The notes beneath the pieces were generated by a model. The model saw only the letters and a program-made list of their open reading frames with translations, did no database searches and was not told where the DNA came from. The translations under genes and the position numbers were made by a program. Positions 20,107 to 30,313 of a stretch of DNA of 64,000 nt are shown one piece after another (positions within the stretch are counted from its first letter, which is position 1; every line of letters starts with the position of its first letter). The stretch comes from an uncultured Gemmatimonadales bacterium. Its GTDB lineage: Bacteria; Gemmatimonadota; Gemmatimonadetes; Gemmatimonadales; GWC2-71-9. The stretch lies in the NCBI GenBank assembly GCA_963748815.1, contig CAVVKJ010000014.1:1-64000 (forward strand), in the 5' to 3' direction.

Positions 20107-20856
20107 ATGAATGTTTCAATGCTCGAACTGTGGACCCAGTCCGGTGCCTTCGCCAAGGGCGTCGTCATCGTGCTGGCCATCATGTCCATCTATTCGCTCA
20201 CGATCGCGGTGACGAAGCTCATCCAGATCAAGCGCAGCACCAACGCGACCCGCAAGTTCGCGCCGCAGCTCTCGAAGGCGATCATGGAGGACAACCTCGA
20301 GTTGGCCATCCAGCTCTCCGAGCGGCACAAGATCGGCCACATCTCGCGCGTCCTCGGCGGCGCCCTCGGCGAGATGAAGCCCCTCATCAGCGACAAGGCC
20401 ACCATCACCGCCGCGGACATCAACTCCTCCGAGCGGGCCATCGAGCGCCAGATGCTGATCATGCTCTCCGAGTTCCGCCGCGGACTCGGCGTGCTGGGCA
20501 CCGTCGGGTCGACCGCCCCGTTCGTCGGGCTGCTCGGCACCACGATGGGTATCGTCAACGCCTTCACCGGCATGGCGGCCGCGGGCGCCTCGGGCGGCCT
20601 GGCCGGCATCTCGGCCGGTATCGCCGAGGCGCTCATCACGACGGCGTTCGGCCTCCTCGTGGCCATTCCGGCGGTCTGGTTCTACAACTACTTCACGACC
20701 AAGATCGAGAACCTGTCCGTCGAGATGACCTACGCCTCGAAGGAACTCATCGACCAGCTCATCAAGAACGTGGGCGCGTCACAGGGCCGGTCGATCTTCA
20801 CCAAGGAATTCCAGGCCCAGAAAGCGGTGACCGGCAGTGGCCATCTCCACGGGTAG
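20107..20856 (+). CDS. exbB: MotA/TolQ/ExbB proton channel
   Basis: APFVGLLGTTMG, GIAEALITTAFGL; AGGAGG RBS. Confidence 0.9.
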   Translation: MNVSMLELWTQSGAFAKGVVIVLAIMSIYSLTIAVTKLIQIKRSTNATRKFAPQLSKAIMEDNLELAIQLSERHKIGHISRVLGGALGEMKPLISDKATITAADINSSERAIERQMLIMLSEFRRGLGVLGTVGSTAPFVGLLGTTMGIVNAFTGMAAAGASGGLAGISAGIAEALITTAFGLLVAIPAVWFYNYFTTKIENLSVEMTYASKELIDQLIKNVGASQGRSIFTKEFQAQKAVTGSGHLHG

Positions 20857-21277
20857 TGGCCGCGGCAAGGTGAACGCGGACATCAACGTCACGCCGATGA
20901 TCGACGTGATGCTGGTGCTCCTCATCATCTTCATGATCGTCACGCCGCTCATCGCGGCCGGCTTCCAGGCCACCCTCCCCAAGGGGAAGAACCTGGACCC
21001 GAGCCCCGAAGAGGACACGGACGTCATCCTCGGCATCGACAGAAACGGCAAGTTCTTCCTCGACGCCAAGCCGATCGACGAGGCGGTGCTGGAGGACTAC
21101 CTCCGCACGGTCTACGCGGCCCGGACCGAGGACAAGATTCTGTACTTCAAGGCCGACAACAACCTGAAGTACAGCCGGGTGCAGGACGCCGTCGAGCTGG
21201 CGCGGCGCGCCGGCGTGCGGGTCCTCGCCGCCATCACGGAGCCCGAGAACACCGGGCTGCTGCAGAAGAAGGAGTAA
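20837..21277 (+). CDS. exbD: ExbD/TolR protein
   Basis: INVTPMIDVMLVLLIIFMI. Confidence 0.9.
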   Translation: MAISTGSGRGKVNADINVTPMIDVMLVLLIIFMIVTPLIAAGFQATLPKGKNLDPSPEEDTDVILGIDRNGKFFLDAKPIDEAVLEDYLRTVYAARTEDKILYFKADNNLKYSRVQDAVELARRAGVRVLAAITEPENTGLLQKKE

Positions 21278-21280
21278 CCC

Positions 21281-21703
21281 ATGGCCATGTCCGCAGGCGG
21301 GGGAAACCCTGGGGAAGTCTCCTCGGAAATCAACGTCACGCCGATGATCGACGTGCTGCTGGTGCTGCTGATCATCTTCATGATCACGCAGCCGCTGAAC
21401 CGGATGGCCATGGACGTCCAGGTCCCGCCGCCCGACACGCCGAACACCACGCAGCAGCCGTCGTTCCAGATCGTGCTCGAACTGCTGGACGACGGGAGCT
21501 ACGCGATCAACACGCAGCCGTACCCGAAGGAGCAGCTCGACGCCCAGTTGCACGCGATCTACGACGAACGGCCGGCCAAGCTGATGTTCATCAAGGCGGG
21601 GCCGAACCGGATCTACCAGGACGTCGTCGAAGCGATGGACATCGCCCGCGGTGCGGGCGTGCAGGTCATCGGGTTCACCCCGAGGGACGCGGGCGCCCAG
21701 TAG
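21281..21703 (+). CDS. exbD: ExbD/TolR protein (second copy)
   Basis: INVTPMIDVLLVLLIIFMI. Confidence 0.9.
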   Translation: MAMSAGGGNPGEVSSEINVTPMIDVLLVLLIIFMITQPLNRMAMDVQVPPPDTPNTTQQPSFQIVLELLDDGSYAINTQPYPKEQLDAQLHAIYDERPAKLMFIKAGPNRIYQDVVEAMDIARGAGVQVIGFTPRDAGAQ

Positions 21704-21774
21704 CAGGGCCCCGTGCGGCACGCCGTCGCCCGGACGTCTCCCGGATGTCGGCGTCGCCTGCTTCCCCAGCCCTT

Positions 21775-21825
21775 TCCGACGGGCGCCGGCCCCCGCCTCT
21801 GGCGGTGGTGCCGGCGCCCGTCGGA
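21775..21825. terminator. Long GC stem-loop after exbD2
   Basis: TCCGACGGGCGCCGGC...GCCGGCGCCCGTCGGA, 16-bp arms. Confidence 0.5.
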
Positions 21826-21839
21826 TGTATGATGGAGCC

Positions 21840-22637
21840 GTGAACCAGAGCCACTCGACTCGCGCGCACCCGCTGCTGGAGCCTCCGCGCGACCCGCGCC
21901 GCCTCGTCGGGGCCGCGGTGTCGCTGTTGTTCCACGCGCTCATCCTCGTGCTCATCATCCGGGGGGCGGTCGACACCTTCATCCAGACGCCGGCGGCCGG
22001 CGACCCCGCCCTGGCGCGCGGGGGCGGTGGCGGCGGGGGTGGCGGGGGCGGAAGGGTCCGATATATTACGCTCCCGCCGCTGCAGCAGGCCGCTGCACCG
22101 GCCCCGGTGGAACAGCCCGCCGTTCCGCCACCGGATGTGGTGCCACCCGAAGTCGTCGCGCCGACCCCCGTGCCAGCCGATACCCAGCCGACCCCGACGG
22201 TCGTCGTGTCGTCGGCGGACAGCGTGCCGGCGCCCGGGGCGGGGAGTGGGGGGCCGGGCTCCGGTCCCGGGAGTGGTGGCGGCAGCGGCGGCGGGTCAGG
22301 CGGTGGGGTGGGGACCGGGACCGGCGCGGGAAGCGGACCGGGCAGCGGCGGCGGCGGTGGCGGCGGATCGGGCCGGGAGCCGCAGTGGACGTATGGGACC
22401 TTCTTCTTCGAGTCCCCGCCCAAGAAGCTCCGGGGCGAGATGCTTGAGATCACCTTCCACGTCCGGGCCGACGGGCGGGTGGCGCGCGTGGAGACGCACC
22501 CGGAGATCGACGACGCGGACTACGCGCGGCGATTCCGGGAGCGCGCAGAGTCGTTTCGCTTCCGGCCCGCGCGGAACGCCGAGGGCGCGGCCGTCCCCGG
22601 GGTGGCGAAGATGACCATCACACTTCCATCGAAATAG
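21840..22637 (+). CDS. TonB-like protein with Pro-rich and Gly-rich linkers
   Basis: SLLFH anchor, poly-Gly tracts, FHVRADGRV...FRPARNAEG C-terminal domain; start may be 21825. Confidence 0.7.
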   Translation: MNQSHSTRAHPLLEPPRDPRRLVGAAVSLLFHALILVLIIRGAVDTFIQTPAAGDPALARGGGGGGGGGGGRVRYITLPPLQQAAAPAPVEQPAVPPPDVVPPEVVAPTPVPADTQPTPTVVVSSADSVPAPGAGSGGPGSGPGSGGGSGGGSGGGVGTGTGAGSGPGSGGGGGGGSGREPQWTYGTFFFESPPKKLRGEMLEITFHVRADGRVARVETHPEIDDADYARRFRERAESFRFRPARNAEGAAVPGVAKMTITLPSK

Positions 22638-22643
22638 GACCTC

Positions 22644-24221
<1,578 letters not shown>

Positions 24222-24225
24222 CGTG

Positions 24226-24380
24226 AGCTCGCGGCTGAAGCCGCGGCTCGGCTGATGTCGCTGAACCGACGCGTGGGTTGGCCGGACGCGCCGGAGCCGG
24301 TTCGGCTGTGCCAACAGGGAATTGCATTCCCGGCGTTCCCCGTCTCCAGCAAGCGGAGCGGGGGGAAGCCCGTCATGTTC
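24226..24380. repeat. Structured intergenic element bounded by inverted octamer tracts
   Basis: Hairpins AGCCGCGGCT, AGCCGGTTCGGCT and GGGAATTGCATTCCC; 5' part resembles 42397..42447. Confidence 0.5.
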
Positions 24381-24404
24381 CTCCCCGCCTCCCCGCTTCC
24401 CCGC

Positions 24405-25301
24405 CTAGAGCTTCTCCGCCATCGCCAGCGCTCCCAGCGTGGCGTCCACGATCGTGGCCAGGGGTCGCAGCGTGGACTCCGTCCCCAGCTTGTCCAGCAC
24501 CGCGCTCCGGAGTGAGCGCTCCTCCGCGAGCATCCCCCCCATCAGCGCCACCCCCACCCGGTCGCCGGTGGGGAACTCGTCCGCCAGCCGCAGCACCAGC
24601 GCGCTCAACTCACGCGCCGCGTAGTCGGCGATCCCCTGCGCCACCGCGTCGCCCCGCTCCGCCGTGTGGAGCACGTGGGGTGCCAGTGAGGCCACTTCCG
24701 CCGGCCCGGCGGATGCCGCCCACCGCACCAGCGCATCGAAGTCGATGCTCCGGGTCACCTCCATGAGGACCGGCGTGATCGCGGTCTCGGGGCTCCGCCC
24801 GTCCTGCGCGCGGCTGACGGCGCCGAGGGCGGCGCGCCCGATCGCGTAGCCGCTCCCCTCGTCGCCCATCTGCCAGCCATACCCACCGCGCCGGAGCATC
24901 CGCCCCTCCGGATCCCGACCCAGCACCACGCTGCCGGTGCCCGCCACCACCACGATGCCGGGTCCGTCGCCGAAGGCGGCGACCAGCGCGATCTCGATGT
25001 CGGTGGTCACCTTGACCCGCTCGGCGAGCGCCTCGGTGCGCAGCGCCTGTTCCAGTTCCCGCCGCTCCGATTCCCGCCCGGCGCCGGCCGCGCCGACGAC
25101 CAGCACCGACCCCCGCGTCGATCCCGCCGCCGCCAGCGCCTTGCGCACCGTCTCGGCGATGGTGGCCGCGGAGGCGATGGCGCGCCCCGGCCGCACCGCC
25201 GCGCCCGGCCCCAGCGCGCGCCCGCGGATCTGGTTGGGCTCGCCCACCGACACGGCGGTCTTGGAACCGCCGACATCGACGCCGATCAGGGGGGCGGTCA
25301 T
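24405..25301 (-). CDS. BadF/BadG/BcrA/BcrD-family sugar kinase (GlcNAc/MurNAc kinase, MurK-like)
   Basis: GVDVGGSKT, VVAGTGSV, GGYGWQMGDEGSGYAIG. Confidence 0.85.
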   Translation of the reverse strand: MTAPLIGVDVGGSKTAVSVGEPNQIRGRALGPGAAVRPGRAIASAATIAETVRKALAAAGSTRGSVLVVGAAGAGRESERRELEQALRTEALAERVKVTTDIEIALVAAFGDGPGIVVVAGTGSVVLGRDPEGRMLRRGGYGWQMGDEGSGYAIGRAALGAVSRAQDGRSPETAITPVLMEVTRSIDFDALVRWAASAGPAEVASLAPHVLHTAERGDAVAQGIADYAARELSALVLRLADEFPTGDRVGVALMGGMLAEERSLRSAVLDKLGTESTLRPLATIVDATLGALAMAEKL

Positions 25302-26776
25302 GACGATCTCTCCGGGTGTGGAAGGGTGCTGAGGAGCCATCCTGCCAGGATGGTCAGGGCGGTGCCCGCCGGAACGTACCACGGCCAGGCCAGTCTGCCC
25401 ACGGGCGCCAGCCATGCGAGTCCGGGGACGCCGGCCAGCGGCGCCGAGAAGACCACGACCAGCATGACCGTCACCGACAGCAGCACGGCGCCGACCACGT
25501 CCCGGCTGCGGGAGCGCGCCACCCGGGCCGCGAGGACGTAGGTGCCAAGGAGCGCGCCGTAGGTAATCGACGCGATCGAGAGCGCCAGCACGACCACCGG
25601 CGTGTCGCCGCCGCGGGAGAGCTGGTCGAAGAAGAGCGCGGCCCCCACCAGGGCAATCCCCCAGAGCGCGGAGAAGAGTTTCCCGACGCGCAGCAGTCGC
25701 ACCGGGTCCTTCACCCCCGTCCAGGAGGAGTAGAGGTCGTGCGTCACGGAGCTGGCCAGGGCGTTGATCGACGAGCTGATGGTGCTCATCGCGGCGGCCA
25801 GGATGCCCGCCACCATCAGCCCCGAGAGCCCGGTCGGCAGCTTGTCGAGAATGAAACGGGAAAAGATCTGGTCGGCCGGCATGTCGTCGGGGGCGAGTCC
25901 CGCCGCCCAGATCGCGGAGCCGATCAGGAGGAAGAGCGCAAACTGCGCGATGACCGCGACGCCGGAACCGATGACGGCAATGCGCGCGTCGCGGAGGGAA
26001 CGGGTCGCGAGCAGGCGCTGCACGATGAGCTGGTCGGTGCCGTGTGACGCGGCGGAGAGGAGGGCGCCGCCGATCAGGCCTCCGAGCAGGGTGTAGGTCT
26101 GGGTGAAGCTGATGACCGGATTGAAGATACGGAGCTTTCCCGCCGCCGCGGCCGCCGCCAGCGCCTGGTCGGCGCCTCCCGCCAGGTGCCAGGCGATGCC
26201 GAGCGCCGCGAGGCCTCCCGTCACGTACACCGCCAGCTGGATCACGTCCGCCCACACCACCGCCTTCAGCCCGCCGAGGAGGGTGTAGGCCAGGGTGATG
26301 GTGCCCATCGCGACGATGGCGGCGGGCACCGACCAGCCGGTCAGCAGGGCGAGCGGAATCGATCCCGCAAAGATGCGGACGCCGTCGCCGAGGAGCCGCG
26401 TGAGCAGGAAGACGACGGACACCAGGCGGCGGCTGGTGGGGCCGAAGCGGTTCTCGATCCGCTGGTAGGCCGTCTCCTGGTCGCCGCGGAAGTACCCCGG
26501 AAGAAGCCAGAGCGCGACGCCGATCCGGCCGACGAGGTACCCGAAGGTGAGCTGCAGGAAGGTGAGGTCGCCCCGCGCGCCGAGCCCGGGCACGGAGATG
26601 ACGGTGATGGCGGAGGTTTCCGTCGCCACGATGGAAAAGAGGATGGCCCAGGCGGGGAGGTTGCGCGCGCCGAGGAAGTAGTCGCCGGCGGTCGACTGGG
26701 ACCGGGACACCCAGAGTCCCGCGCCCAGGGTGAGTGCGAAATACGCGGCGATGACGGCCAGATCGAGAGGTGCCAT
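25298..26776 (-). CDS. Sodium:solute symporter (probable amino-sugar uptake)
   Basis: DYFLGAR, SIVATETS, GGLKAVVWAD, SHGTDQLIVQRLL, AAAMST. Confidence 0.9.
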   Translation of the reverse strand: MAPLDLAVIAAYFALTLGAGLWVSRSQSTAGDYFLGARNLPAWAILFSIVATETSAITVISVPGLGARGDLTFLQLTFGYLVGRIGVALWLLPGYFRGDQETAYQRIENRFGPTSRRLVSVVFLLTRLLGDGVRIFAGSIPLALLTGWSVPAAIVAMGTITLAYTLLGGLKAVVWADVIQLAVYVTGGLAALGIAWHLAGGADQALAAAAAAGKLRIFNPVISFTQTYTLLGGLIGGALLSAASHGTDQLIVQRLLATRSLRDARIAVIGSGVAVIAQFALFLLIGSAIWAAGLAPDDMPADQIFSRFILDKLPTGLSGLMVAGILAAAMSTISSSINALASSVTHDLYSSWTGVKDPVRLLRVGKLFSALWGIALVGAALFFDQLSRGGDTPVVVLALSIASITYGALLGTYVLAARVARSRSRDVVGAVLLSVTVMLVVVFSAPLAGVPGLAWLAPVGRLAWPWYVPAGTALTILAGWLLSTLPHPERSS

Positions 26777-26853
26777 GCAGCCCCGGGGTGGAGGCGGGCG
26801 AGGGAGGGGCAACGAAAGAGGGGGGAACGATCCCCCCTCGGCACTCAATCTTC

Positions 26854-26911
26854 TGTCATTGCGAGGAGGCCCCGCAGGGGCCAACGAAGCAATCTCGGCC
26901 TCGCAATGACA
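26854..26911. repeat. REP/MITE-like palindrome, family B (TGTCATTGCGAGG...GAAGCAATC...CCTCGCAATGACA)
   Basis: 13-bp perfect terminal inverted repeat with internal GGCCCC-GCA-GGGGCC hairpin. Confidence 0.8.
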
Positions 26912-26945
26912 AACGGCTACCTTCCCCGCTTCCCCGCTTCCCCGC

Positions 26946-27305
26946 CTATGCCGTGAAACTGCTCCCGCAGCCGCAGCCGCCGGTCGAGTTCGGGTTGGTG
27001 AAGGTGAATCCGCTCCCCTGCATCGACGAGACGTAGTCCACGGTCACGCCGGCGAGGTACTGCAGGCTGAACCCGTCCACGAATACCCGCACGCTGTTGA
27101 GGTCGAGGACCACGTCGTCCTCGAGCGCCTTCTCTTCGACGTTCAGGCTGTACTTGAACCCGCTGCAGCCGCCCGGCAGCACCGAAATCCGGAGCCCGGC
27201 CGTCTCGACGGGGACGTCCTCGGCGGCGATGAACTTGCGCACCTCGTCCGCGGCCTTGTCGGTGAGCGTGAGCTGGAATTGGGTCGACTGGGCTTCGGTC
27301 GTCAT
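26946..27305 (-). CDS. A-type Fe-S carrier (HesB/IscA/ErpA family)
   Basis: GGCSGFKY and GCGCGSSF motifs; AAGGAG RBS. Confidence 0.92.
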   Translation of the reverse strand: MTTEAQSTQFQLTLTDKAADEVRKFIAAEDVPVETAGLRISVLPGGCSGFKYSLNVEEKALEDDVVLDLNSVRVFVDGFSLQYLAGVTVDYVSSMQGSGFTFTNPNSTGGCGCGSSFTA

Positions 27306-27356
27306 GGTGTTGCTCCTTGGGTGACGATCAAAGCTAGGGACTTTGCCCCGCACCTG

Positions 27357-28544
27357 TCAACGCGCCGCCACTGCAGCTGGTTGCACGGTGGGGTCGAGCG
27401 CCGTGAGGACCCGGTCGCCGACGCCGCCGCGCACGCCGGCGAACCGCTGGTTGGCCCGCGTGGGGTGGACGCGGTTGGAGAGCACGACGATCACCACTTG
27501 GCGCGCCGGATCCATCCAGATGCTGGTGCCGGTGAATCCGGTGTGGCCCACGCTGCCGGCGGACAGGAACCCGCTCCCGGTGTTCTCCGGCGTCGGGGTC
27601 TCCCACCCCAGCGCGCGCGGCGAGCCGGATGGCCGCTCCTGTCGCACCGTGAAGGACCGGAGAATCGAGTCGGACACCGCTGGCTGGCCCGGCGTTGCCG
27701 GGGCGCCACCGTACTGGGCCAGCCACCACTCCCCGAAGGTCAGGAGGTCCTCGGCGTCGGAGAAGATGCCGGCGTGTCCGGAGACGCCGTCCATCCGCCA
27801 GGCGTTTTCGTCGTGCACCTGTCCCCGGACGATCCGGTTCCGCAGCGAATCGAACTCGGTGGGCGCGACCCGCGGCAGCCAGGTGGCGGGCGGGTTGTAC
27901 CGCGTCGAGGTCATCTGCAGCGGGACGAAGAGCCGGCGGGAGAGGAGCGAGTCGATCCGCTCGCCGTAGGCCGTCTCGATGGCCTGGGTCAGGAGGATGG
28001 CGCCGATGTCCGAGTAGGCGAATCGCGTACCGGGAAGGGTGTCGAGCGGGGTCGAGTCCGCCACCGCGAGCACGGCGGTGCGGCTGTAGCCGAGGAGGTA
28101 GAGCGGCCGCCACGGCGGGAGGCCGCTGGCGTGCGCAAGCAGGAGCCGGACCGTGACGCTGTCGGCACCGGGCGCCTCGAAGGCGGGCACGTACCGGGAG
28201 ACGGGGGCATCGAGGTCGATGCGTCCCTCCTCGACCGCCCACATCATCGCGGTGGTGAGCCCCACCACCTTGGTGAGGGAGGCGAGGTCGTAGACCGTTT
28301 CCTTGTTGGGGCGGCGCCGAAAGCCGTCGCCGAGGTGGCCGGTGCCGTAGATGTAGCGATGGCCGGGCCAGCTGACCGCCACCACGATGCCGGGGGCGGC
28401 GCCGGCCTTCACCGCACTGTCGACGAAGTGGCGGAGCGGCTTCCAGTTCGGCCGGCTGTAGAGGGGGACGGGCCCGGGCGTGATGCGGGGCGCGCAGCCG
28501 AGGGCGGCGAGGAGGAGCAGTGCCGCGGCGCTGCTCCGCTTCAG
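27357..28544 (-). CDS. Serine hydrolase of beta-lactamase fold (AmiE-like), lipoprotein
   Basis: ASLTK (SxxK), YSD, GQVHDENA, GHAGIFS, GHTGFTG; start uncertain (CTG at 28544). Confidence 0.8.
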   Translation of the reverse strand: MKRSSAAALLLLAALGCAPRITPGPVPLYSRPNWKPLRHFVDSAVKAGAAPGIVVAVSWPGHRYIYGTGHLGDGFRRRPNKETVYDLASLTKVVGLTTAMMWAVEEGRIDLDAPVSRYVPAFEAPGADSVTVRLLLAHASGLPPWRPLYLLGYSRTAVLAVADSTPLDTLPGTRFAYSDIGAILLTQAIETAYGERIDSLLSRRLFVPLQMTSTRYNPPATWLPRVAPTEFDSLRNRIVRGQVHDENAWRMDGVSGHAGIFSDAEDLLTFGEWWLAQYGGAPATPGQPAVSDSILRSFTVRQERPSGSPRALGWETPTPENTGSGFLSAGSVGHTGFTGTSIWMDPARQVVIVVLSNRVHPTRANQRFAGVRGGVGDRVLTALDPTVQPAAVAAR

Positions 28545-30313
28545 CGAACGGCTCCCAGCGTGAGCCCGGTCCCGATCGGGATCGCCGCGTCGAGTGCGAT
28601 GGGCAGCCGCCCGCCGATGTCCGCGCTGCCGGTCAGTGCCGCCGCGACCGCCTGCTCGTTGATCGAGCGCGAGGCCCACGCGAGCAGGTAACCCTGCACG
28701 GCGGGGGCCTGGGTCAGGAGATACGGCGACCCGAACGAGACCAGCACCGTCGGCTGGTGCAGCGCGGTGGCGTTGACCAGGTCGGCGACTTGCGGGGGGA
28801 GGCTGATGGTGCCGCTCCAGGCGCTGACGCGAATCGAGGCGGCCACCACCGCGACCGGCGAGGCGGCGAGCGCGGCGCGCGCCGAGTCGTAGCTGGCGGG
28901 GCCGCTCGACGGCCAGAGGCGGTAGGGGGTGACGGTGTACCCGGCGCCACGCAGCGCCTGGCCGAGGGCGGCGCCGAGGGTGCTCGAGGGGTCGTCGGCG
29001 TAGGTGAGCAGCGTGACGGGCTGCGGCGCCGCGCGGAGCTGCGCAACCACGCCGCCGCTGTCGCGCACCAGGACGAGGGACCGCTGCGTCACGTCGCGCG
29101 CCAGCGCCTGGTGTTCGGCCGTTCCGACCCGGTCCATCACGCTGTCGAGTGCCACCGAATGGCGCCTGAAGAGGCCGGCCCGCTTCTTCATCGCCAGCAC
29201 CCGGCGGACCGACCGATCCAGCCGGGCTCGGGTGATGCGTCCCTGCTCGACGGCGGCGATCACGGCGTCGATCGCCACCGCGGCATCGGGGGGCTGGAGC
29301 AGCAGGTCGGCACCGGCGAGCAGCGCCAGCACCGCTGCCTCGCCCGGCCCGTAGGTGCGCACGATGCCCCCCATGTCCAGGGCATCGGTGACCACCAGCC
29401 CCTCGAACCCGAGCGAATCGCGCAGCACCCCGGTGAGGAGGGTGGGGGTCAGGGTGGCGGGACGGACCTTTCCGCTGTCCACGCCGGGCAGGGCAATGTG
29501 GGCCGACATCACTGCGGCGACACCACTCTTGATGGCGGCGCGGAAGGGGACCAGTTCGACGGAGTCGAGCCGCGACCAGGGCGCGTCGATGACCGGGAGC
29601 TCGATGTGCGTGTCGGTGCCGGTGTCGCCGTGCCCCGGAAAATGCTTCGCGGTGGCGAGCATCCCGTGCTCCTGGAGTCCGCGCACCTCGGCGGACACCA
29701 GCCGTGCCACGGCGGTCGGATCTCCCCCGAAGGACCGGGTGTTGATGATCGGATTGGCGGCGTTGTTGTTGACGTCGGCCACCGGCGCAAAGACCAGGTG
29801 GATGCCGACGGCGCGCCCCTCGACGGCCGTGATGCGACCCATCTCGTAGGCGTCCGACTCCCGGCCGGTGGCGGCTACCCCCATATTGGTGGGGAAGGCG
29901 GTGCCGCCGTTGAATCGCATCGCCGTGCCGCCTTCGAGGTCGGACGCGATGAGGAGGGGGATGGCGGCGTGCCGTTGCAGGGTGTTCAACCTGGCGGCGA
30001 TGTCGAGCGGCGACCCGATCGAGACGATGATCCCGCCGACTTGCAGGGAGTCCACCCACGCCAGCGCCTTCTGGAATCCGGGGTCGTCGGCTGCGGTATA
30101 GCTGCCTGGAATCCATGGCATCACGAGCTGCCCGACCTTCGCGCGGAGCGGCAGCGTGTCGAGCAGCCGCTCGATCGGATCGGCGGGCGCCGGGGAGCCG
30201 ACGGCGGTGATCGAAGAGTCGTTGGGGGCGGGTACCGACAGCGGCGCCGTCGCGCTGGAGGCGGCGCAGGCGAGCAGGACAACCGAATACTGGGCGAGGC
30301 GGGCGTGAATCAC
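28541..30313 (-). CDS. nagZ: GH3 beta-N-acetylhexosaminidase
   Basis: SDLEGG, APVADVN, INTRSFG, KHFPGHGDTGTDTH, VMSAH, TDALDM. Confidence 0.9.
   Translation of the reverse strand: MIHARLAQYSVVLLACAASSATAPLSVPAPNDSSITAVGSPAPADPIERLLDTLPLRAKVGQLVMPWIPGSYTAADDPGFQKALAWVDSLQVGGIIVSIGSPLDIAARLNTLQRHAAIPLLIASDLEGGTAMRFNGGTAFPTNMGVAATGRESDAYEMGRITAVEGRAVGIHLVFAPVADVNNNAANPIINTRSFGGDPTAVARLVSAEVRGLQEHGMLATAKHFPGHGDTGTDTHIELPVIDAPWSRLDSVELVPFRAAIKSGVAAVMSAHIALPGVDSGKVRPATLTPTLLTGVLRDSLGFEGLVVTDALDMGGIVRTYGPGEAAVLALLAGADLLLQPPDAAVAIDAVIAAVEQGRITRARLDRSVRRVLAMKKRAGLFRRHSVALDSVMDRVGTAEHQALARDVTQRSLVLVRDSGGVVAQLRAAPQPVTLLTYADDPSSTLGAALGQALRGAGYTVTPYRLWPSSGPASYDSARAALAASPVAVVAASIRVSAWSGTISLPPQVADLVNATALHQPTVLVSFGSPYLLTQAPAVQGYLLAWASRSINEQAVAAALTGSADIGGRLPIALDAAIPIGTGLTLGAVR

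Noticed and set aside
22240..22375. Gly-rich GGC repeats as a DNA repeat element
   Set aside because: Explained by a coding poly-Gly/Ser linker with varied codons.
27357..28544. Antibiotic-resistance beta-lactamase
   Set aside because: The VHDENA/GHAG motifs and nagZ/namZ context fit an AmiE-like cell-wall hydrolase.
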